Below are positions 1-12,103 of a stretch of DNA of 64,000 nt, one piece after another (position 1 is the first letter of the stretch; each line of letters begins with the position of its first letter). The stretch comes from Antechinus flavipes (taxonomy: Eukaryota): NCBI RefSeq assembly GCF_016432865.1, contig NC_067400.1:624216001-624280000 (forward strand), written 5' to 3'. A program made the translations under genes and the position numbers. Below the pieces are notes generated by a model. It saw only the letters and a list, made by a program, of their open reading frames with translations, had not been told where the DNA came from and did no database searches.

Positions 1-71
1 TGGAGCGGCGCCGCTGGCTCAACTCGTACATGCACAAGCTCCTGGTGGTCAGCGACGCGGCCGCCGACTGA
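1..71 (+). CDS. PTH2: PTH2 (TIP39 precursor), 3' end of last coding exon
   Basis: Frame from nt 3 reads ERRRWLNSYMHKLLVVSDAAAD*, matching the TIP39 C-terminus (ERRHWLNSYMHKLLVLDAP). TGA is at 69-71. Position next to KASH5 is syntenic. Confidence 0.95.
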   Translation, partial: ERRRWLNSYMHKLLVVSDAAAD

Positions 72-89
72 GGCTCCCCGCCCCCCCTC

Positions 90-95
90 AATAAA
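90..95 (+). terminator. PTH2 polyadenylation signal
   Basis: AATAAA 19 nt after the stop. A second + strand AATAAA lies at 590-595. Confidence 0.8.
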
Positions 96-969
96 AGTGC
101 CCTGCTTTTCTCAGCTTCGCTGTCGTGGTTGCTCGGGGGGGGGGGGGGGGGGACGGAGCGCGGGTCTGCGCGCCACCCTGGCCGGCCCGGGGCCTCCCGC
201 TGCCTCAGCCCGCCCCTCTCGTGGGCCCAGGGCCGGGGTGTCGGCTCTCCGGGCTGCGCCCCGCCTCAGGCCCCGGCTGGACGGCTGCTCTTCCCGCTTC
301 CGCGGCCGGCTCTTGGGCTCGTCTGTAGCTCCCCGTTGTTCTTGGCCTCTCATGGGTTTTCTGGGCTCTGGGACCCGTTCTCCTCTCCCTCCCCTGCCCA
401 CTTCTCCAACCCCCTCCCCGCTCCATCCCCTCCGCCCCAGATAGGAAAGCAGAGGGCTGCAGTGGGCGGGAGGGGGCGCCGGAGGGATTCGGTTGCCCCA
501 CGTGACTTGGCCCCCAATCCCAGGAGTCCAGAGGGGCTGTGATGGGCACAGCCCCGGCCTTGGTCTGGAGCTAACTGGTCGCTCAGCCAAATAAAAGGTG
601 CCCGAAGCCTGACCCTAGGGTTCCTGTGTCTGGAAGGTTCCATCTTAGGTAGAAGAGGCCTCCTGGTCTCAGTTTCCCTGCTGCAGGACCCTGAGAGTCC
701 TTCCCAGCTGGGACGGCCTAGGAGGGACCTGGGAGGTGGCCCAAGTTCCAACAGCCCCATTTTCCCAGAAGAACCTGGGGGAAGCCGGGGCCCTAAGGGG
801 CAGAGCCACAATCGGAACAGTCAGCAGTCGGGCCCCTGCAGGGCCCCTGAGTACGGGGCTGTGATGACTCACGTGCCCGATTCCAGGGTGCCGGCACCCC
901 AAGTGACTCACTCTCAGTGCCGCCGCCCTCCCCCCAATAACAGCACTCCGGGACGGGGCATGGAGGGAG

Positions 970-975
970 TTTATT
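970..975 (-). terminator. KASH5 polyadenylation signal
   Basis: tttatt on + (AATAAA on -) 20 nt after the KASH5 stop. Confidence 0.85.
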
Positions 976-994
976 GGATCAGAGACTTCGGGGC

Positions 995-3900
995 TCACAC
1001 TGGTGGGGTCTGGAGGTAATGCAGCTGGAGTTGGGGCCAGGCCAGAGGCCTGGAGGAGACCAGGACCAGGAAAGAGAGCAGCAGCAGCAGGAACAGGAGG
1101 CCCAGGATGGGAGGCTGGGCCCCTGAAAAGCTGGGAGTCCTGGGGAAAAACAGACACAGCCAGAGGAAATAGGCTGGGGGCTGTCCTGCCCGCGCCCAGG
1201 CTGGAAGCCCAAAGGAGCCTACCTGTGTCTCGGGGCAGCCAAGGGGAGAGGGTAGATCTGTCCCCAGCCTGTCCTCCTCTCGGCCGAAACCAGTTGGCTC
1301 ATTACAGGCTCCGAGGCCTGATGGACAGCGGGCTCGCTGGGGCTGCTGGGAGCAAAGGAAGCCGAGGGCACCCTCAGCACCCAGACAGGGAGCTGGCCCG
1401 CCGGCCATTTGGCCCGGGAGAGAGACAGAGAGAAGGCAGAGAGACACGTGGCCAGACCCAGAGGCCAGGTCTCGGCCCCGGCCAGCGCCCTCCCCACCAA
1501 AGCGGCCCAGCCTGCCCCCCACTGCTGGGCTTCCTCACCTCCCAGCATCAGGGCAGGTCCTATCGTCAGGCTGCGGTCCCCAGAGGGCGGTTGGGTGTCC
1601 GGCCTGAGGGAGCAAAGGGGCTGACCTGAGGTACAGCGTCTAAAGGGCCGCTCAGATGAGTCACCCTGGAGCCATCACCAGCCGGTCACAGCCAGGAGCC
1701 CCAAAGTAACTGGGGCAGTCACAGAGTTGTCATCTTCCACCAGGGCCCCCGGCTCCCACATCCAAAGCTTTTCTCTTGCCTTCAGTTCCCAGTTTTCAAG
1801 TCCTGAGCGTTCCCCCTCCAAGTCTCCTGCCTCCATTTCTTTTTCACCTCCACATGTCTGGCTTTCATGACCCTTCCCTCCCTGTTCCCATAGCCCCTTC
1901 CCTGCGACAGGCCCTAATCATCTTCCCCAGGTGTAGCCCCAAAAGGCTCCTTAGCTCTGCTCTCAGCAGATTTATTCTTTGCACTGGTAACTTGGGAGAT
2001 GTGGGGTGCAAAGAACCTCAAAGCTAGAATCCATCTCCCTCCTTTAACAAGGAAATGGAGGCCAGAGATCACATGAAGGGGAGGCACTTGACGTGGGGAT
2101 GCAGCCAAGAAGCACTGCCCCCAGACCCTTTTTCCCCTAAGCCGCATGACCGGTCCCAGCTCTCAGAATCCTATTCACAGGCTGACTAAAGCCCTAACGC
2201 CCACCGAGTCAGGTCACAGAGCTCGGCCCTCCCCCAATCCTGCAGGCTGCGGGCCATCAAAGCTCTCTCTGGGCCTGGGCTCCCCAATCTCTGGGCCTTG
2301 GATTCCCCAATCTCTGGAATTGGGCTCCCCAGTCTCTGGGCCTTGGATTCCCCAATCTCTGGGCTTGGGCTCCTCAGTCTCTGGGCCTGAGCTCCCCAAT
2401 CTCTGGGCCTTGGATTCCCCAATCTCTGGGCCTGGGCTCCCCAATGTCTGGGCCTGGGCTCCCCAATGTCTGGGCCTGGGCTCCCCAATCTCTGGGCCTA
2501 AGCTCCCCAATCTCTGGGTCTGGGCTCCCCAATCTCTGGGCCTGGGCTCCCCAGTCTCTGGGCCTTGGATCCCCCAATCTCTGGAATTGGGCTCCCCAAT
2601 CTCTGGGCCTTGGATTCCCCAGTCTCTGGGTCTGGGCTCCCCAATCTCTGGGCCTGGGCTCCCCAATCTCTGGGCCTGGGCTCCCCAATCTCTGGGCCTT
2701 TGCTCACACATCGCACTGTTCCCTGTGCTCAGAGCGCCTCCCTCTCCTCCCTGCCTGCCAAATGCCTTCCCACCAGTTCTTACAGATGGGGAAATGGAGG
2801 CACTGACTAGGGAATGGGCTTGGCCTGCAGATGCAGAGCTCTGCTCTTTCTGCCCCACACTGCTGTTTCCTTCAGGGCCCCATTTTGCTCTTCTGGTGGT
2901 CTTGTTGCCCCCCGGCCTCGCCTGTCCCTTCCGCCGCCCTCCCCACTCGCCCTCCGACGCACAAGTGCTGAAGGGAGGCTTGCCCTGACCCCTCCTGGAA
3001 GCTCCCCAGGGCAGGGATCGTGCCCATCTGGACTCTGCTTCTCCCCCAGCAGCCCCACTATGTCTTGTGGAAGCTGAGCCGGGGCCTCGCCCCACGTCTG
3101 CCAACCACAGCTAGCCCTGGGCCTGCCGCTGCCTTCCACAGCCGGGGACCCTTCCACCATCTCCTGTAACCTGGCTCTGCAGAAGGGGAAACTGAGGCTC
3201 CCACAAGGGAAAGCCCGGCATTCCCCACAAAGCAGGAGGGCCGGGAGCCAGCCTTCCGCAGCCTGTGGCGCTGGGCCCTTCCTCCGTGTGTCCAGGCCCT
3301 GCCGGGGGGCCGGGAGCGCTGGGGCTGCCCGCCTGCCTTCCACGGCCTGACACGGCCGGACGTACCCCAGGCTCCTGTGTGTGCGTGCGTGTCCGCGGGC
3401 TCCCCAGGGACCAGACTCGCCTCCCACAAGCCTCCAGGTTTCTTCAGGCTCATTAGAGGAATTGAGTGGCTTATTATGCAGCCCTCCGCNNNNNNNNNNN
3501 NNNNNNNNNNNNNNNNNNNNNNNNNNNNNNNNNNNNNNNNNNNNNNNNNNNNNNNNNNNNNNNNNNNNNNNNNNNNNNNNNNNNNNNNNNNNNNNNNNNN
3601 NNNNNNNNNNNNNNNNNNNNNNNNNNNNNNNNNNNNNNNNNNNNNNNNNNNNNNNNNNNNNNNNNNNNNNNNNNNNNNNNNNNNNNNNNNNNNNNNNNNN
3701 NNNNNNNNNNNNNNNNNNNNNNNNNNNGCACAAAAACGAGTCCATCTGTGCAGTCATTGGCAAGAGAAGGGCTGGGGCTTCCATACCGCATCTTGGGGCT
3801 TCGTCCCCGTCTCGTCGGCTCTTTGACCGTCCCTCTCGAGTGACCTGGGAGGAGGACTTAAGGTCAGCCCCTCGTTCCCTGCTGTCCCCAGCCTGACAGG

Positions 3901-6900
3901 CCCCTTTGCCTTTTGGGGCTCCCCAGGTTCATCCACCCCCTTTGCTGGCTATGGGCTCCAAGCCTCTGCGCCCCGGCCGGGAAAGCCCCCGGGCTCCCGG
4001 TTTTGGGGTCCCCCCGCCTCCCCGGCCCATGGGCCACCGTGTTCAGACCTTGGCGCCCGGCGCTCCCTCAGGGAGCGCGTGCCTCGTGCTGGGGGGAGGG
4101 TCACCTCTCTGGGACCCTCCGAGCCTATCTCAGCTGGCAGACAAGCCCAATTAGGCGCCAAGGCAGCAGCCTTATTAGGAGCAGCACAGGAAGGAAATGG
4201 GCCAGCGGGGAGCGCGAGGGAGGAGGGAAGCAGAAGGGATGTGGGGGAGGGAGGCCGGAGGCGGGCGGCCAGGCCAGGCTGGGAGCACAGGAAGTTGGGT
4301 TCCCCCGCCTCGGGGGGGCTCGGAGGGCTGGGGCCCTGACAGGAGGTGCCAAGGGGTAGGAGCTGGGCCCCCGGATGGGCTGGGCTGAGAGTGACCGCAG
4401 CCAGAGGGATTGTGCTGGCCGGGCTACGGCCTGGGGGGGAGAGGGGAAACTGAGGCAGGCGATGACGGCGGGGGGCGCACCAGGAATTTTCCTCCTCCCA
4501 GCTGCTGTGCGATTCATGTGACTTCTCTTGGCCTGTGTTCTGGGAAGGGAATGGGGCGGGCTGGGCGGCTCATCCTGCAGACCCCCTTCTGCTCTCCCTG
4601 CCCCCACCTCACAAAATCCCCCTCTCCCCCCATTCTCCCTCCGGGGAAGGGCTCCGGGCTCCAGGACCGCAGTTATTTTTAATTCCGATAATGATTTCAA
4701 TGTAATCCGTTCCTTTCTCATGTTCACTATTTTTAAAATTTGAAATCATCGGGAGAAGGGACCCACGGGCTTTATCAGGTAACAGAGAACTACCAGCCCC
4801 CCATTCTAGGCACCCCAGAGGCCTAAGGCAGCACAGGAGGCGCCTCTATCAGACCCCGCGGCCCTCAGCCGAGCCCCGAAGCCCTCACTCACCGGCTCCT
4901 CGGTGGGGGCCCCCGCTCCTCCGGGGCCCTCCAGGGGCTCTCCCCAAGGCTGGGACCGCACAGAGGGTTGAGGAGGCTGGTCCCCAGCTCTTGTCTCTGA
5001 GAGAGAAGGAGGGAAGTGAGCAGGGCAGGGCCCCTCGCAGAGAATGAACACGTGGGATTGTGGGTGGGCTGCAGTGGGGCAGGACGCAAAGGGATGAGGT
5101 GACCTTGGGTGGGAAGTGGAGGGGGAGCTGGGGGAGGGGGAGTGCTTTGGGGAGAGGGCAGTGTGAGGAGACAGGTCCAGCTGGGGGACGGGATCGAGGC
5201 TCGAATCAGGACTGGGCCAGACTAGGGCAGGAGGCCCTGACAGGGCGAGGCCCCCGGGAGGGGCAGCAGCTGACTTACTAGCCCCCTCTGTCCTCCAGGA
5301 AGCCCCCCGAGCCCCAACCCCAGGGGAGGGAAGGGTGAGTCGGCTCTTCTTTGGAGCCCCTTGAGTCCTGTCTCTGAGGGCTTCTCAGAAGGGAAGGGGC
5401 CCCCTGCAGGTCAAGGGTCAGGCCCCCCTATTCCGCTTGGAGCTTAGGCAAAGAGCTGCGGCTGCTCTGGGCGACCCGGAGGAGTTAGAGCCCACCCCCG
5501 GCCCTGAGTCTCACCTGCCGAATGGCCTCGATCTCCACGCACAGCGACTGGGGGTGCAGCTTCATCCATCCGCCCATTAGCTCGTGGGGCCCTTCCTGAA
5601 ACCTGAGCGGGCCATGGAGAAGTCTTTCCCGGGTCTTCCCTCCGGCCTTCCCTCACTTCCCGCGACCCCCGGTCACTCCCTGGGGGCTCCAGGCGATACG
5701 GCCCCCTCCCCAGCTGTCCCCTCCCTCACTCACCCCTCAGGCCCCTCCCGGCTCTGACTCAGCTGCTCCTCCAGGTGGGAGATCTTCTGCTTCAGCTCCT
5801 AGGGGCGAGGGAGTGTAAGCAGCCGGCCCTGTGTGTCCTCTCGGGCCCCCTCCTCTGTGGCCCCCCAGGGGTCCCCGAGCCTCCCTTCAGAGACGTCCCG
5901 TGGGAAGCGGGGCGCGGCCCAGGGCCTGGCACCCACCTGGATCGTGGCCCTATACTCCTCCAAGGCCTCGGTCAGATTTTCTGTCCGATTTGTCCGCTGG
6001 CAAACCCAGAAGCAGACCCAGAGTCACTGAGGGGGATTGGGGGGCGGGGTCCCTGGGTCCCTGAGTTAACGGGCAGGGGGAGACTGAACGAGGGCTCCTG
6101 GGGCGAGTGGCGCCCCGGCCTCCGGCCGTGCTGGGTGAGCCCAGGGACGGCCCCCGTCCCCCGGTCCTCGCCCCTCAGGGTGAGACTGAGCGGGAGGAGG
6201 AAGGGAGGGTGGCCCACCTGGCACGCTGACCCCCCCTCGCGTGTCCCCCGCCACTCACCTCGGAAAGGACATGGTCTCGATGGCAAATGAGGCTCTCATA
6301 CTCACACAGCTGACGCTGCAGGGGGGGAGAGGGGCCAGTCCATCTGTTCATGCCTGAGCTGGACCTGGAGCTCCCAGGAGGTCAATTTGTTCTCCCCCCA
6401 GCCCAGCCCCGACGACAACCTCGCCTTCAACCTTCCCTAAGGGCCCCCCCCCCCGGGGTCTCAGCACCCTCGGTCCCTGGAGCGGAAACTTGGAGTCAGG
6501 AGACCCGGGGCCCAGTCCCAGAGCCGCCTCAGCAGCCGTGTGATCTTGGGCAAGCCTGCTCCCTTCTCCTGGCCTCAGTTTCTCCAGCCATCCAGAGCCC
6601 TGCCGATCACCAACATTCACTCCAAGCTCTCCCCTAGACCAGGGGACCTGAGGAGGTGGGGGCGGGCCCGGAGGCCCCCGGGGGGGCTGGGGCAGTACCC
6701 TCAAGGCCTCCTTCTCCACGACCAGCTCCTCGCTCCTCTTCTTCACGCCGTCCCTCTCGGCCAGCAGCTTCCCGTTCTGGCGGGACACAGGAGAGAGCAG
6801 GCGGGCTGCTCGGGCAGCGGCCCCGGAGAGGAGGGGGGCCCCGGGACGAAGGCCCGGCCCGGGCGTCCGGCCAGCTCCCCGCCGAGTCGCCTTCGTCAGC

Positions 6901-9900
6901 CGCCTCAGGCTGCCCGGTGAAGGGCAGGGCAAGGCCGGGGCGGCCCGGCTGCTGAGTCACGGCCGGCTCGGCTGCCAGGAGCAGGGCTGGGCCGGAGGCG
7001 CTCGGCTCTTCCTTCCCGCCCCGGTCTCATCCCCTCAGCCCTGCTCTGTCGGCCCCGAGGGGCCCGGGACGGCCCTCTGGGTCAGGCCGCAGGATCCCCG
7101 CCTTGGCTCCTGCTCCGGCCCGTGGCCCGGCCCCTCCCGGTCCCTCCAGGGTCTCTGTGTGACTCCATGGGCCATCCTGCCTGACCCTTGTGACCGCCAG
7201 AGACACAGAGGGGGACCGGGCCCGAGCGGGGGGCGACTGGGCTCCTGCTTTTCCCATTGCTCCGGCCCCTGTGGCTGGCAGTGATGGAGGCTTCCCGGGG
7301 GCTCTGGGCTAGCTCCCGGTGCAGAGATGACTGTTCGGTTAACTTGGGGCCAGAGCCCCTGGGTCCCGGCCTGGCCCTGCTTCTCATTCCTCCTGGCAGC
7401 TCCCCCTGCTCTGGGCCTGAATGTGCTCCCTGGCACAGCGCCAGGTTTAACCTGGAATACTGAAGTGCCCCGACCCGATGCCTGTCTAACACAAGCCTTT
7501 CCTTCCTTGGGCCTCAGCTCTGCCTCCTGCAAGCCCAAATTCTGGCTCCCAATGACCCCGAGAGTGGCTTCTCTCCTGCCCTGGGGGCCCCTGGGCACTG
7601 CAGGCCCCGGTTTGGGGCTGGGGTTGCCGCCTGCGCCCTTGTGGGTGATCTGGGCCCGCCTGGCGCTGCCCCCTTAGCCCAAACCGCCGGGGCAGTGCCG
7701 GGGCCATTCTGGGCAGCCTCTCAGAGCTGGGGGCAGCGGCTCCCGCCTCAGCGGCGGGCAAAGCCCGGAAGCGGCGCTCGGCTGTCCGGCCTTTGAAAGG
7801 GAGCGGGAGCATTCATCGTGCAGACGGGGGGTGATGAGGGCTGCTCTCCCCGGGAAGCTCCTGCTGCTCCCTGAGCCCCTGCCCACAGCCCGCCCTCACC
7901 TCCCAGGCCTACCTCCTCCTGCAGCGTCTCCACCTCAGCCACCAGCTGCTGCTGTTCTCTCTCCTGCCCCAGGATCACAAGGGAAAACCGAAGCCCTCAG
8001 TGGGGGCCCGGGGCCTGCCTCCCCTCCCGTGCCAGGCTGGAGGAGCCACAAGGAGCCGGGCCGGTCTGTGGCAGCGAGACCTCCCCGAGAGCCTTGGCCG
8101 AAGTCTCGGGGGGCTCTGTGCCAGCAGGTGAGGGTGGGGCCGAGGGAAGAATGGGCCGGGGGCAAGGGGGACTGGCCGGGACCCGCTCACCGTCTGCCGG
8201 GCCTGGGCCACAAGGCTGCGATTCTTCTCCTCCAGGCTTTTGGCCAAACTCTTCATGTCTTCTAGTTCCTCATCCACTGCCTTGGCAAACTGCAAAGCCT
8301 GCTGGGAACTGAGTCAGGACAGAAGAGAGAGGGCGGACTCTACTGGGTGCTAATGGGGACCCTGGGTCAGAGACAACGTGGAAAGGGGATCCTGGGCCCA
8401 GAGTTCACATTCGAGGCACTGGGAGAGGTCAGAAGAGGTGGTTAGGGGAGGCAAGGACCCCCAGGCAAGTGTGGATGGGGGAAGCACGGGGGTGGGAGCG
8501 ACCCCAGGAAGAGGTCAGAAGCGGGGGCCTCGGAGCTTCCTGGGGGGAGGGTCTCGAAGGGCAGCTCGGGGTCCCAGGGGGACGGGGAAGGTCCCGGGCC
8601 GGGGGGCGTGACGCGGGGCACCTGCGCAGCTGCTTTCGCAGGGAGGCCAGCTCCTCCCCGAGGCGGGCGGCCCCCTCATCGGCCGTCTCCACGCTCCTCT
8701 GCAGCTTGGCGTTCTCACCGGCTAGCCGGCGATTGCTGAGTTCCAGCTCCTCCAGGTTGCTGAGCAGCTCGGCTGTGGCCGGCCTGCAGGGCGAGGGAGG
8801 GTCAGCTGGGTGGCCCCGGCTCCCCCTGATTAAGGAGGCCCCCCCTCTGCTGTCCCCTTCTGCCTTCCTCTCCCCCGGGCCTTTCCCCAAGAGCCAAGGG
8901 CCTCCTGCCCGAGCTTACTGGTGCAGGTGCTCTCCCCTGGCTTCCCGGGGCCCAGGGGCTGGGCACAGGAAGGGCTAAGGGTCCCCGGGCCCCTCCCAGG
9001 CCTACTTACAGCTCCGGCCCCGGCTCCTCGTCTCCATAGCTCTCCAGCTGGGCCGGGATTCCTACGTCAACATGGACACACAACGGCCAGGAGGCCGTGA
9101 GCCGTGATGGACGCGGTCCGTGAGACCCTCTGCCCGCCACGGTCAAGGAGCCAGGCCCTCCCCGGGGACAGCCTGAGCCCCTCCCCCATCACAGGACCGC
9201 AGGAAGGAACATTAGGGGTCATCCGAAGAGGAAGGCGAACGGGCGGAGGGAGGAGGAGGCCTGGCTTGGCTCAGAGTGGGCAGCAGGCAAAGGGGCCGAA
9301 GGCGCTCATCCCATCGGGAAGGGTAAAGCCGGGGAAGGGAGAGCCTGCAGGGCCCGGAAGGGATGGGGACGGCAGAGCGGACCGGCACTTTGGAGGGCAT
9401 CCACTGGCATGGGGGGGAGGGCCCCGGGCTCCCTGGGAAGTCCCCCCGCTGCCTGACCCTGGGCCGGCCTGCTTCAGGCTATAAATAGCCCTTACCAGAT
9501 GGCAGGAGGCTGGGTTCCACGGCTGCCTCCTCCTCCAGTTCTAATCCCCTGCAGCAGAGGGAGGAAGCTCAGAAAGCCTGCAGGCCCAGCCCTCCGAGCT
9601 AGCAGCGGGAGGAAAGCCCAGCCAGAGGAGGGGGCCCAGCAGGGCGGAGCGCAGGCCAGATGGCCAGAGCCCACTCGGGCCCGTTGGAAAGCACGAGGGG
9701 AGGTGGGGGAGACAAGGAGGATGGATGGCCAGGGACCGCCTCCCACCCCCACACCGGGCTCCCACAGGGCATCTGGGCTCACTCCCGGGGTTAGGGCCCA
9801 GGGGCCAGAGAAGGAGAGGGGACACCCACGGCCCCAGCTGGCAGGTGGCGATCCAGTCCTGCATGATGCTGAAGAAGGTGGCTCGGTTTACAATGGCGGT

Positions 9901-10595
9901 GGGGCCCTCCCCGCTGGGGTCCAGGGCCTGGGCCAAGCTGCACAGGTCACTGTCCTGGGGACTGCGCCCCGTCACTGCTTCGAGATAGGCCAGAACCTGC
10001 CCCACAGCCACCACACCTGCAGATGGCAGGGAGGAGATTGGGCTAAGTCCAGGCTGGCCCTCCCCCGGGTTCTCCCAGGCTCCTGTGGGCCAGTTCTAAG
10101 GATTCTCAGGGCATCCCCTTCTCCAAGACATCTGGCCTTCACCTGCCCCCACCCCAGTGCTCTGTGCTCCCAGAGACCCCCAATCCACCCTGTTCCCTCA
10201 TCCAGGTCAGTCCCTCGGCCGGGTCGGTCCCTCGGCCGGGTCGGTCCCTCGGCCAGGTCAGTCCCTTGGTTGGGTCAGTCCCTCGGCCAGGTCAGTCCCT
10301 CGGTTGGGTCGGTCCATTGGCCAGGTCAGTCCCTCGGCCGGGTCAGTCTCTTGGCCAGGTCAGTCCCTCGGCCGGGTCAGTCCCTTGGCCAGGTTGGCTG
10401 CTATGCACTAGAGTTCCACCTTTGGCCCCCTAAGTCACAAGGTTCTCAGGCCTTCTCCTCCCCAGGATTTCCCAGTGCCCGCCTCCTCACCTTTCTTTTC
10501 CGAGTCACAAGCTTCAAACGTGGAATTGAGCACCTGCTCCTCCAGGCTGAGTGTGGCCCCAAGCCCCCAGTCCTCAGGCTGATCCCAAAGCACTA
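995..10595 (-). CDS. KASH5: KASH5/CCDC155, meiotic LINC complex protein (multi-exon, start exon not resolved)
   Basis: Phase-consistent GT-AG exons: 10491-10595 (LSLEEQVLNSTFEACD), 9830-10016 (VAVGQVLAYLEAVTG...QDWIATCQL), 9496-9548, 9010-9061, 8622-8783 (ELLSNLEELELSNRRLAGENAKLQRS), 8191-8308, 7913-7963, 6699-6776 (NGKLLAERDGVKKRSEEL), 6259-6315, 5937-5996, 5734-5798, 5515-5602, 4893-4996 and 3787-3844. Exons between about 1500 and 3480 are uncertain because of the N gap. Final exons are ~1223-1350 and 995-1139 (TM ILGLLFLLLLLSFLVLV plus KASH peptide WPQLQLHYLQTPPV*). Confidence 0.95.
2250..2700. repeat. Minisatellite, ~22-bp unit ctctgggcctgggctccccaat, about 20 copies (KASH5 intron)
   Basis: Tandem copies are visible directly and account for the repetitive ORFs in the track. 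Confidence 0.95.
3490..3727. other. Assembly gap (N run) inside KASH5
   Basis: N bases. Confidence 1.
10205..10395. repeat. Minisatellite, 18-bp unit gggtcagtccctcggcca, about 10 copies
   Basis: Tandem copies in the KASH5 intron between 10016 and 10491. Confidence 0.9.
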
Positions 10596-10799
10596 CTAGG
10601 GAGAGAAGAGACGGGAAGGGCAAAGGGGGAGCTGGTTAGATCCCAGTCACCAAGCCTTCTGCGGGCACCAGTCTTTCCCTCCCTCCCATTTGCTCCAACA
10701 GATCTACCCTCTGTCTCTTCAATGTCTCCCAGCCCTGGCTGCCTCCAAACATGCCCTTGTCTCCTTCAGCCCCACAAACCTTCACTCGATCCCTGAGAA

Positions 10800-12103
10800 G
10801 TCCCGTCCCACCCCTGGCCCTCTTTTTGTGGCTCCACTCCTTGGAAAGGCCACTTAGGATCTGTCTCCACTTCCTTCCCTTTCACTCTTTCAAATTCTCC
10901 TCATTACTAAAGTAATTGCCTTTTCTGGTTGCTTTCTCCTCTTGACTTCTGCCGCCTCGGACACTTCCTCATTCTCTCCTAGATTTTTATCTTGGAGAGA
11001 AAACTCTCTCCTCTCTCGGGTGTCCCTGGGGTCTGCCTCTCAGGGTCTCTGCCTCCCACCCTCTCACCCTGCTCTTTTCCTCCTTCTCTACTCCTTTTCA
11101 GTCTCCTCTGCTCAATCCTCTTGCTCATCTCACCCTCTCGCCACAGGTGTCCCTCGGGGTCTGTCCCGGGCCCACTTCCATCCTCACTTGTGATCTCACT
11201 GGCTCCCAAAGATTTGACTACTGCTGAATCTCACACCTACTCACAGGGCTCTAACTTCTCCGCTGACTTCCAGACTTACCTCTCCGGCTGCCTTCTGGAC
11301 TCTCCAATGGGATGGCCCATAACCTCTTAGTGTGGCCCCAAAAGTACTCGTTATATTTTCCCCAGAGCTCCGCCTTTTCTAACCTCACTCTTGAGGTTAC
11401 ACCATATCCTCCCGGTCCCCAAAGTTCGCTCCAACACGCTGCTCTCTCACCTCCCCCCCAGTCAGTCCCTCACCAGATTTCACTCTCACGACACCCCTCT
11501 TTCCCATCTTTTTCCCTCTTTGGTCCTGGCCCTGTCTCTGATGTAAGCCCCATCACCTTATCCTGGACCAGGCAGGTTGATCTCCCTGCTTCAGATGTCT
11601 CCCCAGCCCAGGCAACCTTACACTCGACTTCCAAATGGATCTTCCAAAGAAGGAGGACTGTGACCGTGTTCTCCCCCACCAATAACTCCAGCTGCTCCCT
11701 CTCCAGGGTCACAATCCCTCCTAACCTGCCCTCCTGCCCTTCCTGTCGAAGACTTTCCTCCTTTCCGTGTACTTTAGGATCCAGCGACCCCCTTGCTGGT
11801 CCTGCCACAAGAGCCTCCATCTCCTTCCTTCTGCTGTTTCCCTTGGTGATCCTCCATGCTTGGAAGTCTCCCTCCTCCTCTCCGCCAGGCTTCCCTGAGG
11901 CCCCACTCAATCCTAGGAAGCATTTCCCAATCCTCCATTCTAGGAGTCATTCAATTTTCTCCAAGATGTCCAGTGTATCGCTCTCCCATTAGACTGTGAG
12001 TTCCTGAAAAATGGACTAGTTTTCCATGTTCTTTGTATCCCTAGAATTTAGTGCAGTGCCTGGCACATAGTAGGCACTGAATAAATGTCTGTTGACTGAC
12101 TGC
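10800..12103 (+). mobile_element. Old L2 LINE 3' fragment
   Basis: Pyrimidine-rich L2-like body ending in the typical L2 terminus ...gtgcctggcacatagtaggcactgaataaatgtctgttgactgactg. Confidence 0.75.
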
